Assembly (NCBI GenBank): GCA_964599565.1
Contig: CAZRFE010000003.1
Coordinates: 10,379 to 74,378, forward strand
Direction: 5' to 3'
Source: an uncultured Gammaproteobacteria bacterium
GTDB taxonomy: Bacteria; Pseudomonadota; Gammaproteobacteria; Natronospirales; JAJUFS01
DNA: 64,000 bases
Part shown: positions 43,431-53,005 of the stretch, in pieces
Position numbering within the stretch: the stretch's first letter is position 1
Layout of the letters: each line of letters starts with the position of its first letter
Notes under the pieces: model-generated
What the model was told of the DNA's origin: nothing
The model's input: only the letters and a program-made list of their open reading frames with translations
Database searches by the model: none
Position numbers and translations under genes: made by a program

Positions 43431-44201
43431 ATGCTGCGAGTGTTGCAGTTCACGGATCTGCATCTGCGAGACGACCCTGACGCGAGCGCGATGGGTGTTC
43501 GCACGCAGTACAGTTTCGAGACCGTAGTCCATCACGCAAGCCTGCGCCACTGGCCTGCGGATGCCATTCTTCTGACCGGCGATCTTGCCAACGACGAGCA
43601 CGGCGACAGTTACCGGCGTCTCGTCGGCATTGCCGCAGGCTGGGACACGCCGCTGCTCGCCGTTCCCGGCAATCACGACGACTCCGCGGCATTGTTCGCG
43701 GCGTTCGCGAACGCACCGAAGGCACGAAGAAACGTTCTCGATTTTCCGCGCTGGCGAATCGTCGCACTCGATTCGCGGGTGCCGCGCGCCGTGCATGGCG
43801 AACTCGACAGCGAAAACCGCGAGATTCTCGATACCGCCGCCGCGACGCGCGGCGAACGCCACCTGCTCGTCGCCCTGCATCATCCGCCGCTCGCGCTGAA
43901 GAGTGCGTGGATCGACCGGCTCGGCCTGCGCGACGGTGACGCATTCCGCGTGCATCTTTCGATGCTTGGCGCGCGCGCCTGCATCTTCGGTCATGCGCAC
44001 CAGGCGTGGGACAGCGAGGAGAACGGCGTGCGTTACCTGTGTGCGCCGTCAACCAGCCGGCAGATGGAACCGCAGACCGAGGAGTTCCAGGCATCCGATG
44101 CGGCACCCGGTTACCGCTGGCTGCATCTCCATGACGACGGCAGCATCGAAACCGGCATCGAGCGCGTCGAGGACGCGAAAGCGGAAATGATCGGCGATTG
44201 A
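43431..44201 (+). CDS. cpdA: 3',5'-cyclic-nucleotide phosphodiesterase CpdA (class III metallophosphoesterase)
   Basis: Motifs QFTDLHL, LTGDLAND, VPGNHDD, ALHHPP, FGHAHQ in canonical order; 256 aa. Confidence 0.8.
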   Translation: MLRVLQFTDLHLRDDPDASAMGVRTQYSFETVVHHASLRHWPADAILLTGDLANDEHGDSYRRLVGIAAGWDTPLLAVPGNHDDSAALFAAFANAPKARRNVLDFPRWRIVALDSRVPRAVHGELDSENREILDTAAATRGERHLLVALHHPPLALKSAWIDRLGLRDGDAFRVHLSMLGARACIFGHAHQAWDSEENGVRYLCAPSTSRQMEPQTEEFQASDAAPGYRWLHLHDDGSIETGIERVEDAKAEMIGD

Positions 44202-44227
44202 CTGCCGGAACCATGCGTTCAAATGCA

Positions 44228-44250
44228 GGAGCCGGGCATTGCCCGGCTCC
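44228..44250. terminator. Bidirectional terminator hairpin
   Basis: GGAGCCGGGC-att-GCCCGGCTCC between convergent cpdA and the lipoprotein gene. Confidence 0.5.
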
Positions 44251-44277
44251 TTGCTTTCACCCGCCGCGCGCTGCCGG

Positions 44278-45030
44278 TCATTCCGCCTTTTCCGCGCCCT
44301 CCACCTGCTCGAGCGCACGGATCGCAAACAACAGCACCATCGCATCGCCCAGTTCCCGCCGGGTCAGCGGTCTGCCCGCCGCGACGTCGAGCAGGAGTTC
44401 CGCGAACGCCGGCGGCTCACCTGCAACCGCGCGCCCCGAATACACGCGAAGATCCGCATTCGAGCCGCCAGTCCAGTGCAGCAGCTGCGCAGATGGATAG
44501 AAATCCTCGACGCCGTCGCGTTCGACCGAACCGCCCGGCAGGAACTCGGCGCGCCAGAGGATTCTCCTGCCCTGCCACATGCCTTCGAACCGCGATTCGA
44601 AACCCGTGCGCAGTTCAAGCTCGCCGACGCGTTCGCCGGTGGCGGCGTTGAAGATCGTGATGCGCGGCGGCGCCATGTCCCAGCCGCGCGACGCGGCATC
44701 GTCTGCACCCGCGCCGAGCCTGAAGACGTAGTCGCGCTGGTTGATGCCGTCCTGGAAAAGCTGTCCGCGCGATGATTCAGCGGACCCGCTGAAATCCCGT
44801 TGCCAGCGAAACCCGCCGACGACATCGCCCTGCTCGCCGCGCAACAGCCAGTTGCCGGCACCGGCGTCGGCTTCACGCAGCGTGTAGTTCACGGCGGCAG
44901 GCGGGCGCGACTCGGGTGCGAGCGGTGCGGGAAATTCGTGCAGCACCGGCGTTGCCGAGCACGCGGTGAGCAGCACGGCGGCAAGCAGCGCGAAGACGCG
45001 GTGGCCGTAGCGGCCGGGCATGGTTAACAT
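44278..45030 (-). CDS. Hypothetical lipoprotein
   Basis: MLTMPGRYGHRVFALLAAVLLTAC (lipobox LTAC); AGGGGGAG RBS before ATG 45030; no family recognised. Confidence 0.5.
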   Translation of the reverse strand: MLTMPGRYGHRVFALLAAVLLTACSATPVLHEFPAPLAPESRPPAAVNYTLREADAGAGNWLLRGEQGDVVGGFRWQRDFSGSAESSRGQLFQDGINQRDYVFRLGAGADDAASRGWDMAPPRITIFNAATGERVGELELRTGFESRFEGMWQGRRILWRAEFLPGGSVERDGVEDFYPSAQLLHWTGGSNADLRVYSGRAVAGEPPAFAELLLDVAAGRPLTRRELGDAMVLLFAIRALEQVEGAEKAE

Positions 45031-45064
45031 GGCTCCCCCTTTACTTCTTCTGTGACGAAACTGC

Positions 45065-45631
45065 ATGAACGTTCGCGAAGAACTTGTCCGATATTACCGG
45101 CTTTTGCGCGCGCACGGTCTCAATGATTCGCACAGCGGCAATGCATCGGTGCGCGACGGCGACACCGTCTGGGTCACGCCGACGGGATGCTGTGCCGACA
45201 CGCTTGAGCCCGCCGACCTTGTCCGCTGCCACATCGACGGCAGCATCGGCGACGGCGCATCGCTGGATGCGCGCCTGCACGTCATGGTCTACCAGAAGAA
45301 CGCATCCGCACGCGCGATGCTGCACAGTCACGGTGCGCACACCGTCGCACTCACGCTCGACGGCGCGGACTTCATCCCCGCGGATTTCGAGGGCCGCTAC
45401 TATTTTCCGCGCGTGCCGGTGATCGATGCGCCCTACGCGGATTACGTCGCGCACTCCGCGGAACGCATCTCGAACGTGCTGCGCGATCATCGCATCACCG
45501 TGTATCGCGGCCACGGCGTGTACGCGCAGGCGGATTCGCTGAATCTCGCCTACAAGTGGACGAGCTCGCTGGAACTTTCGGCGAAGACCTCCTGGCTGGC
45601 GAAACTCGCCGGCACCCTGCCTTGCGATTGA
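45065..45631 (+). CDS. Class II aldolase/adducin-domain protein
   Basis: NDSHSGNASVR, VWVTPTG, MLHSHG (metal-binding His) motifs; 188 aa. Confidence 0.8.
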   Translation: MNVREELVRYYRLLRAHGLNDSHSGNASVRDGDTVWVTPTGCCADTLEPADLVRCHIDGSIGDGASLDARLHVMVYQKNASARAMLHSHGAHTVALTLDGADFIPADFEGRYYFPRVPVIDAPYADYVAHSAERISNVLRDHRITVYRGHGVYAQADSLNLAYKWTSSLELSAKTSWLAKLAGTLPCD

Positions 45632-45639
45632 GGATTTCC

Positions 45640-46497
45640 ATGCTGCGCATCCTGCCGCTTCTTCTTCTCCCGTTTGCATCGAACGCCGTCGCCGCGCCGT
45701 TGCTCTATCGCGTGACGGACACCGACAGCACGCTCTGGCTGCTTGGCTCCGTGCATGCGCTGCGCGCGAGCGACTATCCGCTCGATGAACGCATCGAATC
45801 CGCCTACCGCGACGCCGAACGCATCGTGCTGGAAGTCGCGCCCGCGGAACTCGATCCTTCCCGCATCGCCGGCGTCGTGCTGCCGCTCGCGCGCTACCAG
45901 GGCGATGCGCATCTCGCCGATGCCTTCACTGGCGAGGAGTACGCGCAGCTGCGCAGCGCGATGCGGGAGATCGGCGTCGACATCGCGCAGTTCCGCGACT
46001 ACGAGCCGTGGTTCGTCGCGCTGCAGGTCTTCGCGCTGAATCTTGCGCGCAGCGGCTATGCGGGAACCGAGGGCGTGGATCTGCATTTCGGGACGCGCGC
46101 CGCAGCCGACGGCAAGCAGACCGCGGGGCTTGAAACCGCCGCCGAGCAGTTCGGCATGTTCGACAGCCTGCCGCTCGAAACGCAGAAGACATTCCTGCTC
46201 GACAGCGTCGCGGAAAGCGGCGCGTTCCACGACGAGATGGAAGCCATTGTCAGCGCGTGGCGCAGCGGCGATGACGGCGCGCTCACGCGCCTGCTTGAGA
46301 AGGAATTCGGCGACAAGCCGGAACTGCGCGACACGCTGCTCGATGCGCGCAATCGCCGCTGGGCGGAATCCATCGAGTCCCTGCTCGCAGCGCCGGGCGA
46401 CACGATGCTCGTCGTCGGCGCGCTGCATCTTGTCGGCGACGCGGGCCTTGTGACATTGCTTGAACAGGCGGGTTACACGGTCGAGCGCGTCGAATGA
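45640..46497 (+). CDS. TraB/GumN family protein (secreted)
   Basis: Signal peptide MLRILPLLLLPFASNAVA; STLWLLGSVHAL and LVVGALHLVGDAGL motifs; GAGGA RBS. Confidence 0.75.
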   Translation: MLRILPLLLLPFASNAVAAPLLYRVTDTDSTLWLLGSVHALRASDYPLDERIESAYRDAERIVLEVAPAELDPSRIAGVVLPLARYQGDAHLADAFTGEEYAQLRSAMREIGVDIAQFRDYEPWFVALQVFALNLARSGYAGTEGVDLHFGTRAAADGKQTAGLETAAEQFGMFDSLPLETQKTFLLDSVAESGAFHDEMEAIVSAWRSGDDGALTRLLEKEFGDKPELRDTLLDARNRRWAESIESLLAAPGDTMLVVGALHLVGDAGLVTLLEQAGYTVERVE

Positions 46498-46500
46498 CGT

Positions 46501-47289
46501 TCAGCGCAGCGTTTCCGCTTCGATATACCGCTCGGCGCGCCGGAGTATCTTGATCATCGCGGACGGCATGTTCCGGTACAGCCACCACAGCGTGCGATAG
46601 GCGAGCGGCAGGCGATGCGCGCCGTTGCACGTCTGCGATCCCGATGAACTGAGCAGGTGCGAAACCGGAATGCCGAGCACATCCCGGCTTGCGTTGTCGA
46701 TTGCGGCGAGAAACGCCGGATCGTCGTTCGTGGCCACAACACCTGCATGCGTGCGGCCGATTTCCTCAAGCGGAGCTGCGTACGATGACGCGTCCATGCC
46801 GTCGAGCTCGTAGCCGCAGTACAGCGAAAACCGGTAGTGATCCGCGAGGCGGTTCCAGAATTCTTCGAGGCATATCGCCGCGTCCGGGTTTCCCGCGCGC
46901 CACAGGTCGCTCACCATTTCGCCGTAGATGCGCAGCTTCACGTGCGGCCGCGACACGCTCTCGATGATCTCGCCAACGGTCGCATGAAAGGACGGCCAGT
47001 CAGGCATGCTGCCGCGCATGAACCGCTTGAGCAGCATCCGTCCGTCAAGCAGCAACAGGCGGCCCGCAGCCTGCAATCCTGCGGCGTTGGCTCCGCCGGC
47101 ATCGATGCCTGCGACGACAGCGGCGCGACGAGAGCCGGATGCGATCACGAGAACGGTTTCGCCACGCCGAAGTCCGGACTCGACAAACACGGCGAGCGCG
47201 GCCTTGAGTGATCCGGCATTGCGGTGAATCTGGCAGAAATGACGGCTCTGGGGAGATTCGACGAGGAGTGCAGCTGACTTTGTCGGCAT
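46501..47289 (-). CDS. MEDS-domain (DcmR-like sensory domain) protein
   Basis: HFCQIHRNAGSLKAALAVFVESGLRRGETVLVIA ... LRIYGEMVSDLWRAGNPDAAICLEEFWNRL...FSLYCGY matches my recollection of the MEDS pattern. No recognisable output domain. Confidence 0.55.
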   Translation of the reverse strand: MPTKSAALLVESPQSRHFCQIHRNAGSLKAALAVFVESGLRRGETVLVIASGSRRAAVVAGIDAGGANAAGLQAAGRLLLLDGRMLLKRFMRGSMPDWPSFHATVGEIIESVSRPHVKLRIYGEMVSDLWRAGNPDAAICLEEFWNRLADHYRFSLYCGYELDGMDASSYAAPLEEIGRTHAGVVATNDDPAFLAAIDNASRDVLGIPVSHLLSSSGSQTCNGAHRLPLAYRTLWWLYRNMPSAMIKILRRAERYIEAETLR

Positions 47290-47430
47290 CAGGCGTTCGA
47301 GCCCCTCCGGATCTGCGGAGCGGCATCGGTCTGTCCGCTCGTCAATCGCTGCTTCGCGACATATTCAATGGCGAGCGACGTTGAAGCAAACTTCGTGCTG
47401 CCGCAATACAGGCATTCACCTAGCCCAGGG

Positions 47431-47595
47431 CTAGATTTCGATCATCTCGAAATCTTCCTTGCCGGCGCCGCAGTCGGGACATTGCCAGTTGAGCGGCACG
47501 TCTTCCCAGCGCGTTCCCGGTGCGATGCCGGTTTCAGGATGCCCTTTCGCTTCCTCGTAGATGAAACCGCAGATGACGCACATGTAGGCTTTCAT
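47431..47595 (-). CDS. Rubredoxin
   Basis: Absent from ORF track (54 aa). Own translation: [54 protein letters not shown], with two CxxCG knuckles. Near-identical pattern to Pseudomonas/Acinetobacter RubA. Confidence 0.88.
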   Translation of the reverse strand: MKAYMCVICGFIYEEAKGHPETGIAPGTRWEDVPLNWQCPDCGAGKEDFEMIEI

Positions 47596-47675
47596 TGATC
47601 ACACCGGGAATGAAGATATTTCGGAGCGCGCATTTTCCGGAACCGGGCAGGCCGCGTCAAACCGCGAATGATAAG

Positions 47676-48473
47676 ATGCGGCGCATGCAACATCACACGC
47701 ATCCTCCCGTCGTGCTCGTCATCGCCGGCAACGATCCTTCCGGCGGCGCGGGCATCGCCGCAGACATCCAGGCCGTCACCACGCTCGGCTGTCATCCCGC
47801 TCCCGTGCTTGCCGCACTCACCGTGCAGGACACGGTCAACGCATACGCTGTCGAGTCCGTTGCGGCGGATTTCGTCTTCGCGCAGGCGCAACGCGTACTT
47901 AACGACCTGCCGGTCGCGGCCATCAAGCTCGGCCTGCTCGGCAGCGCGGCAATCGGCGAAGCCATCGCCGCGCTCCTTTCCGAGCACCCGCGGATTCCCG
48001 TCGTCACCGATCCCGTGCTTGTCGCCGCCGGCGGCGCGGAACTCGCGGAGTCCGCGTTGATCGCCGTGTACCGCGAACGCATTCTCCCGCGCACGACGCT
48101 GCTGACGCCGAACGCGCTCGAGCTGCGGCGTCTTGCACCGGATCTTCCCGACACCGGCAGGCGCGCGGCAGCGCTGCTCGATCTCGGCGTTCCATGGGTG
48201 CTTGCGAAGGGCGGCGACGAGGCGACACCCGCGGTCGAGAATTTTCTTTACGGCCGCAACGGCGAAACGCATCGCTGGATGACGGACCGTCTTGCCGGCG
48301 AGCATCACGGTTCCGGATGCACGCTCGCATCCGCCATCGCAGCAAAACTTGCGCAGGGCGAACCCGTCCCGCAGGCGATCGATCACGCGCAGGCATTCAC
48401 GTTCAGCGCACTTGCGAACGGCTGGCAGCTCGGTCACGGCCAGCGGATTCCCAACCGCCATTCGTCACGCTGA
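47676..48473 (+). CDS. thiD: Hydroxymethylpyrimidine/phosphomethylpyrimidine kinase
   Basis: VVLVIAGNDPSGGAGIAADI, GSGCTLASAIAA motifs; ATG 47676 (alternative 47685). Confidence 0.9.
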   Translation: MRRMQHHTHPPVVLVIAGNDPSGGAGIAADIQAVTTLGCHPAPVLAALTVQDTVNAYAVESVAADFVFAQAQRVLNDLPVAAIKLGLLGSAAIGEAIAALLSEHPRIPVVTDPVLVAAGGAELAESALIAVYRERILPRTTLLTPNALELRRLAPDLPDTGRRAAALLDLGVPWVLAKGGDEATPAVENFLYGRNGETHRWMTDRLAGEHHGSGCTLASAIAAKLAQGEPVPQAIDHAQAFTFSALANGWQLGHGQRIPNRHSSR

Positions 48474-49126
48474 TGGACGTTCCGTTCGATCCCCGCCTGC
48501 AGGGCATCTACGCGATCACCGATGCAGCGCTGTGCGCGCCGCGCGGACTCATCCCCTGCGTCACAGCCGTCCTTGAAGGCGGTGCGCGGCTGGTGCAGTA
48601 CCGCGACAAGTCCGCCGATGCCGACCGGCGACGCGAAGACGCCGCACAACTCGTTTCGCTGTGCGAGCGATACGATGCGCTGCTCATCGTGAACGACGAC
48701 GTCGAACTCGCGCGCGCGGTGAACGCGCACGGCGTGCATCTCGGGCGCGACGACATGAATCCCGAACGTGCGCGCCGCCTGCTCGCACGCGACGCCGTCG
48801 TCGGGATTTCCTGCTACGACGATTTCGGTCTTGCACAGGCAGCGATGCGCACCGGCGCAGGCTATGTTGCCTTCGGCAGCATGTTTCCGTCGTTGACGAA
48901 ACCGCATGCCGTACGCGCGCCGATGCAACTGCTCGCGCGCGCGCGTCGCGAACTGCACATCCCCGCCTGCGCAATCGGCGGCATCGACGAAAGGAACATC
49001 GGTGAAGTGGTGCACGCGGGTGCCGCGATGGCGGCGGTGGTCTCGGCAGTGTTCGCCGCAGCGGACATCGCCGCTGCGACGCGCGAACTCGTTCGCGCGT
49101 TCAACGCATCACGGGATTCACGCTAG
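48473..49126 (+). CDS. thiE: Thiamine-phosphate synthase
   Basis: LQGIYAITD, LVQYRDK, HGVHLGRDD, AIGGI motifs; ATG overlaps thiD stop (TGATG). Confidence 0.9.
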   Translation: MDVPFDPRLQGIYAITDAALCAPRGLIPCVTAVLEGGARLVQYRDKSADADRRREDAAQLVSLCERYDALLIVNDDVELARAVNAHGVHLGRDDMNPERARRLLARDAVVGISCYDDFGLAQAAMRTGAGYVAFGSMFPSLTKPHAVRAPMQLLARARRELHIPACAIGGIDERNIGEVVHAGAAMAAVVSAVFAAADIAAATRELVRAFNASRDSR

Positions 49127-50397
49127 ACATCCCGCGGCCGCTCCATGGCTGCAAGGCGCATCGGCGGCAGGCGGAAATACGTCAGCGCGCGCCATGCCCA
49201 TTCCACCGGTCCGAACGCAAAGCGCCGCAGCCACCAGTGGCTGAAAAGAATCTGCGCGAGATACAGCGCAAGCCCCGCGCTCACCATGAACACCGCATCG
49301 AACTCGCGCGCCATCACGCCGAAACCGTACGCATAGAAGACCAGCGTCATCACCACCGATTGCAGCAGGTAGTTCGTGAGCGCCATGCGGCCGACCGGCG
49401 CAAGCGTGCGCAGCCAGTTCGCCGCGCGCGTCTGCATGCTAAGCGCGATCAGCGCCGCGTAGCCCAGCATGAGTACCGGACCTGCGACAAAGCCGAGGAG
49501 CATGTTCCAGCCGTTGCGCGGATCGGTGAAGTTGTATGGGTCGAGTTCAAGGCCGATCGACGCGTGCCACGCGGACAGCGGCACGCCCGCGCCGATCGCG
49601 ACGACCAGCGCAAGCAGGAAGAAGCGCCGGTGTGCGAGCGGATTCGCGAAATGTCCGTGCCGGCCGAGCCAGGCGCCGAACAGGAACATCGCGAGCACAT
49701 GCAGCCCGAAGAACGGCACCGCGGAGGAGATGGAAACGAACTCCTGCGCGCGCACCGAGGTGATCTCCATGTATGTGCCGCTCGTGTACGCAGCCCATGC
49801 CTGCTCGCTGAGCGCATCATGCTGCATCTGTGCCGCCTGCATGCCCTTCAGCATTTCGGCGGCCGCATCGGGATTCTTCGCAGCGAAGTCGAGCATCGAT
49901 GCCATGCCGAACGCCATCAGCAACTGCACGGCGAACGCGATGATCGCAACCGTGAGCAGGCGCGTGGAACTGCCGCGACCGATGAGCAGCAGCACGAAAC
50001 CGAGCACTGCGTAGACAGCGAGGATGTCGCCGGCCCAGATGAACGTGCCATGCAGCACGCCGATCGCGAGCAGCACCAGCAGGCGGCGCAGATAGGTCGG
50101 CACGACGCTGCCCTGCCGCGCCTTCGCGCGCTCGAGCTGGATCGCGAAGCCGAGTCCGAACAGCATCGAGAACAGCGGATAGAACTTGCCTTGCGTGAAG
50201 AACATGATCAGCCAGCCGATCGCGGCATCGCTGCCGCTGCCGGCCGCGGTGTAATCGTAGGTATCCGATACCGGCTGCGCGAAGAACATCAGGTTGGCGA
50301 GCAGGATGCCGAGCAGCGCGAAACCGCGCAGCACGTCCAGCGTTGCAATGCGTTCCGCTGCGCAGACCGGTCGTGCGGCGATTTCCGTCATTGCCAT
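49123..50397 (-). CDS. DUF418/YeiB-family polytopic membrane protein (paralog 1)
   Basis: RIATLDVLRGFALLGILLAN..., FFTQGKFYPLFSMLFGLGFAIQL, C-terminal FGPVEWAWRALTY. Start at ATG 50397/50391; the long N-terminal extension in the ORF track is Arg/Ala junk. Confidence 0.75.
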   Translation of the reverse strand: MAMTEIAARPVCAAERIATLDVLRGFALLGILLANLMFFAQPVSDTYDYTAAGSGSDAAIGWLIMFFTQGKFYPLFSMLFGLGFAIQLERAKARQGSVVPTYLRRLLVLLAIGVLHGTFIWAGDILAVYAVLGFVLLLIGRGSSTRLLTVAIIAFAVQLLMAFGMASMLDFAAKNPDAAAEMLKGMQAAQMQHDALSEQAWAAYTSGTYMEITSVRAQEFVSISSAVPFFGLHVLAMFLFGAWLGRHGHFANPLAHRRFFLLALVVAIGAGVPLSAWHASIGLELDPYNFTDPRNGWNMLLGFVAGPVLMLGYAALIALSMQTRAANWLRTLAPVGRMALTNYLLQSVVMTLVFYAYGFGVMAREFDAVFMVSAGLALYLAQILFSHWWLRRFAFGPVEWAWRALTYFRLPPMRLAAMERPRDV

Positions 50398-50492
50398 TTC
50401 CCCCGGGTTTCGTCGTCCCGCATCGTTGCGTTTCCGGGCACCGAACGCAAGCGCGCCGCCGCAGGATGCGACGGCGCGACATGCAACACCAT

Positions 50493-51884
50493 TCAGGAAT
50501 GCGCGAGCGTCGCTTCGGCCTCCACGCCGCGCACGCGCATCGGCTGACGCTTGAAGTACGTCAGCGAACGCCACAGCCATTCCGCGGGCCCGAAACGAAA
50601 GCGTGCGAGCCACCAGCGACTGAGCATGATCTGCCCGCCGAACACGAGCGCGATGTAGAAAAGCTGTTCCGTCGAATCGAGCTTGCCGACGAAGCCAAGC
50701 CCGTAACCGTAGAACACCAGCGTGCCGAGCAACGACTGCAGCAGGTAGTTCGACAGCGCCATGCGTCCGACTGGTGCGAGATACTCCAGCCAGCGGCGTG
50801 CGCGCGTGAGCATGAGCAGCGAGATCGCGGCGACATACACGAGCATGAACGCAAGTCCCGACGCTGTCTTCGCGAAGAAGTCCAGCCAGTGCTGCCACGA
50901 CAGCGCCGGCAGTTCCGGCCTGTTCATCTGCACGTACACGAACAGCGCCGACAGCGGTACGCCGACGAGCAGGCTGATGACAAGCAGCTTCCGGAACTGC
51001 GGGCGAAGCTCGCCGGCGCGACGAATGAAATCGTTGCGGCCAAACCATGCACCGAGCATGAAGATGCCGGCGATCATGAACCAGAACGGGCCGGAGAGCG
51101 TGCGGCTCGGCAGATGCTCGATGCGCCAGCTCACGGTGTCGATGTAACTGCCGTTCGCGAAGGTCTCCATCGCCGCCGCCATTTCCTGCTCGCGTTCCAC
51201 GGCGCGCTTCGGATCGCTCATCGATTCGATCTGCTTGAGAATTCCCTGGTCGGATTCGCTGAGTACTTCACCGGCCTCGGCGGCCGCCTGCACGTTGAGC
51301 GCGTGATTCACGAAACCGGCGAATGCGGCGAGCGGACCGAAGATCAGCAGGCCCGCCATCACCGGCACCAGCCAGCGTGGCGATTTTTCGCGACGACCCT
51401 TGCTGAAGCGGCGCACGAGCCGGTCGACGCCGCGCTTCGCGCCGTAGCACAGGAGCAGGATCAGGCCGCCGACCGCGTAGGTGTTGAGAATGTCGCCGTC
51501 CCAGAGAAAGACGATGTGAAAGATGCCGATCAGCCACAGCAGCACGATTCGCCAGAAGAAGCGCGCAGCGAAACCGCGCTCGACGCGTTCCGCACGCGCC
51601 AGCTGCACGGCAAAGCCAAGGCCGAACAGGAACGCGAACAGCGTGTAGAACTTGCCCTGCGTGAAGAAGAGTTTCAGCACTTCCACCGCGTAATTGACGG
51701 GACCGAGTTCCTCCCAGTGCACCGCGAACCAGGCGCTGGGCTGCACGAACGCCGTGACATTCACGAACATGATTCCAAGCAGCGCGAATCCGCGCAGCAC
51801 GTCGAGCGTATGGATGCGCTCCTCCGGTGGGATTGGCTGGATCACACCCGGAACGCGTTCCGGAATGACTGAATTCTCCGACAT
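50493..51884 (-). CDS. DUF418/YeiB-family polytopic membrane protein (paralog 2)
   Basis: RIHTLDVLRGFALLGIMFVN..., FFTQGKFYTLFAFLFGLGFAVQL, FGPAEWLWRSLTY. Tandem paralog of the previous gene; GAGGGGGA RBS. Confidence 0.75.
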   Translation of the reverse strand: MSENSVIPERVPGVIQPIPPEERIHTLDVLRGFALLGIMFVNVTAFVQPSAWFAVHWEELGPVNYAVEVLKLFFTQGKFYTLFAFLFGLGFAVQLARAERVERGFAARFFWRIVLLWLIGIFHIVFLWDGDILNTYAVGGLILLLCYGAKRGVDRLVRRFSKGRREKSPRWLVPVMAGLLIFGPLAAFAGFVNHALNVQAAAEAGEVLSESDQGILKQIESMSDPKRAVEREQEMAAAMETFANGSYIDTVSWRIEHLPSRTLSGPFWFMIAGIFMLGAWFGRNDFIRRAGELRPQFRKLLVISLLVGVPLSALFVYVQMNRPELPALSWQHWLDFFAKTASGLAFMLVYVAAISLLMLTRARRWLEYLAPVGRMALSNYLLQSLLGTLVFYGYGLGFVGKLDSTEQLFYIALVFGGQIMLSRWWLARFRFGPAEWLWRSLTYFKRQPMRVRGVEAEATLAHS

Positions 51885-51990
51885 GGCATATCCCCCTCTT
51901 CCTGGTTGTCCGGCGCCGCGGCTATCCCGCCGGTCGCCATCTTATTCCCACAATCTGACAGAGGGCTAGTGCTTTAGTTCACCATAACAG

Positions 51991-52500
51991 TTAATTTTTC
52001 GGTGGCTGTTTCCGCAGCGTCATTTCGAAGAATTTCATCCATGCCTGGCCGGTGGCGCGCGTCTCGCCGACCTCGGTCCACGTATCGCCGCTGACGCGCA
52101 GGCGGTAGCGAATGTCCCGCGAACCGTCCGGCAGCGAGAAACCCCAGTGGAATTCATCGCCTTCCTCGCGTCCCCACGCCTCCATGTCGCGGCCGTCGGA
52201 AAGCCACGAATGCATGCGGTATTCGCCGCCCTTCGCGCCCGGACGTATCAGCGCAAGCGCGTTGTGCACGGACTGCCGGGTGCCGGAGCGAAAATGCCGG
52301 CCTTCGATCAGCCAGGCCGTATCGTCCAGCACCTTGCGGACGGTTTCGTGGCTGTCGAACGTGGAGCGTTCCGGGCCGCGCTGGGTCCAGCCCTCGCCCT
52401 GCCATTCGCCGACCAGCGCATCGAGCGACGACGCCGGTTCGCCTGCCGATGCGACGGACGCGAGCAGCAGCAAAAGCCAGGAAAGATGCCTTGGTTTCAT
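51991..52500 (-). CDS. Secreted beta-rich hypothetical protein (DUF1579-like, tentative)
   Basis: Signal peptide MKPRHLSWLLLLLASVASA; LDALVGEWQGEGW start typical of lipocalin-like DUF1579 proteins (from memory). ATGA overlap with the upstream gene. Confidence 0.5.
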   Translation of the reverse strand: MKPRHLSWLLLLLASVASAGEPASSLDALVGEWQGEGWTQRGPERSTFDSHETVRKVLDDTAWLIEGRHFRSGTRQSVHNALALIRPGAKGGEYRMHSWLSDGRDMEAWGREEGDEFHWGFSLPDGSRDIRYRLRVSGDTWTEVGETRATGQAWMKFFEMTLRKQPPKN

Positions 52501-52691
52501 GACGGTTTCTCCTCGTCCTTTTCCGGTTCGCACGCCATGCCCCAGAGCATCGCGCCGACGATGAAGCACGCGGAACTCAGGAAGATTCCCCAGTTCGTCG
52601 GCAGCGCATGCAGGATGAATGTCGCAAGCGATACCAGGATGCCGAGGGTGTAGAGAATGCGCCTGGCGATGCGCAACGATTGCCGGTTCAT
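52497..52691 (-). CDS. Small two-TM membrane peptide
   Basis: 64 aa, two hydrophobic helices and an acidic tail (EPEKDEEKPS). Both ends overlap neighbouring genes by 4 nt, suggesting translational coupling. Confidence 0.4.
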   Translation of the reverse strand: MNRQSLRIARRILYTLGILVSLATFILHALPTNWGIFLSSACFIVGAMLWGMACEPEKDEEKPS

Positions 52692-53005
52692 GTGTCGTCT
52701 CCCTTGTTGACGGTAAACAGCAGGTTCTCAAGATGCGCGAGGTAGGCGGCGAACGCCGCCCTGCCCTTCGCCGTCAGCGCCACATCGGTGACGGGTTTCC
52801 TGCCGGCGAAACGCTTCGCGATTTCCACGTAGCCATTGTCCTCGAGCTTGCGAAGATGCGTGCTCAGGTTGCCGTCCGTGGTGTTCACCTTGTCGCGGAT
52901 GAAGGTGAACTCCGCACGGTCCACGCTCGCGAGGACCGCCATCACCGCAAGCCGTATGCGCGAGTGGATGAGGTCGTCGAGCTGGCTGTGGTCGAAATCA
53001 TTCAT
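52688..53005 (-). CDS. Winged-helix transcriptional regulator (HTH_34 / ArsR-like)
   Basis: LDDLIHSRIRLAVMAVLASVDRAEFTFIRDKVNTTDGNLSTHLRKLEDNGYVEIAKRFAGRKPVTDVALTAKGRAAFAAYLAHLENLL matches the HTH_34 pattern. Confidence 0.75.
   Translation of the reverse strand: MNDFDHSQLDDLIHSRIRLAVMAVLASVDRAEFTFIRDKVNTTDGNLSTHLRKLEDNGYVEIAKRFAGRKPVTDVALTAKGRAAFAAYLAHLENLLFTVNKGDDT

Noticed and set aside
47368-47598. 76-aa plus-strand ORF from the track.
   Set aside because: Antisense shadow of the rubredoxin gene, which is the real feature here.
47596-47675. Looked for a TPP (THI-box) riboswitch upstream of thiD.
   Set aside because: The 80-nt divergent gap lacks the CUGAGA and ACCUGAUCUGGAUAAUGCCAGCG-type conserved blocks and is too short.
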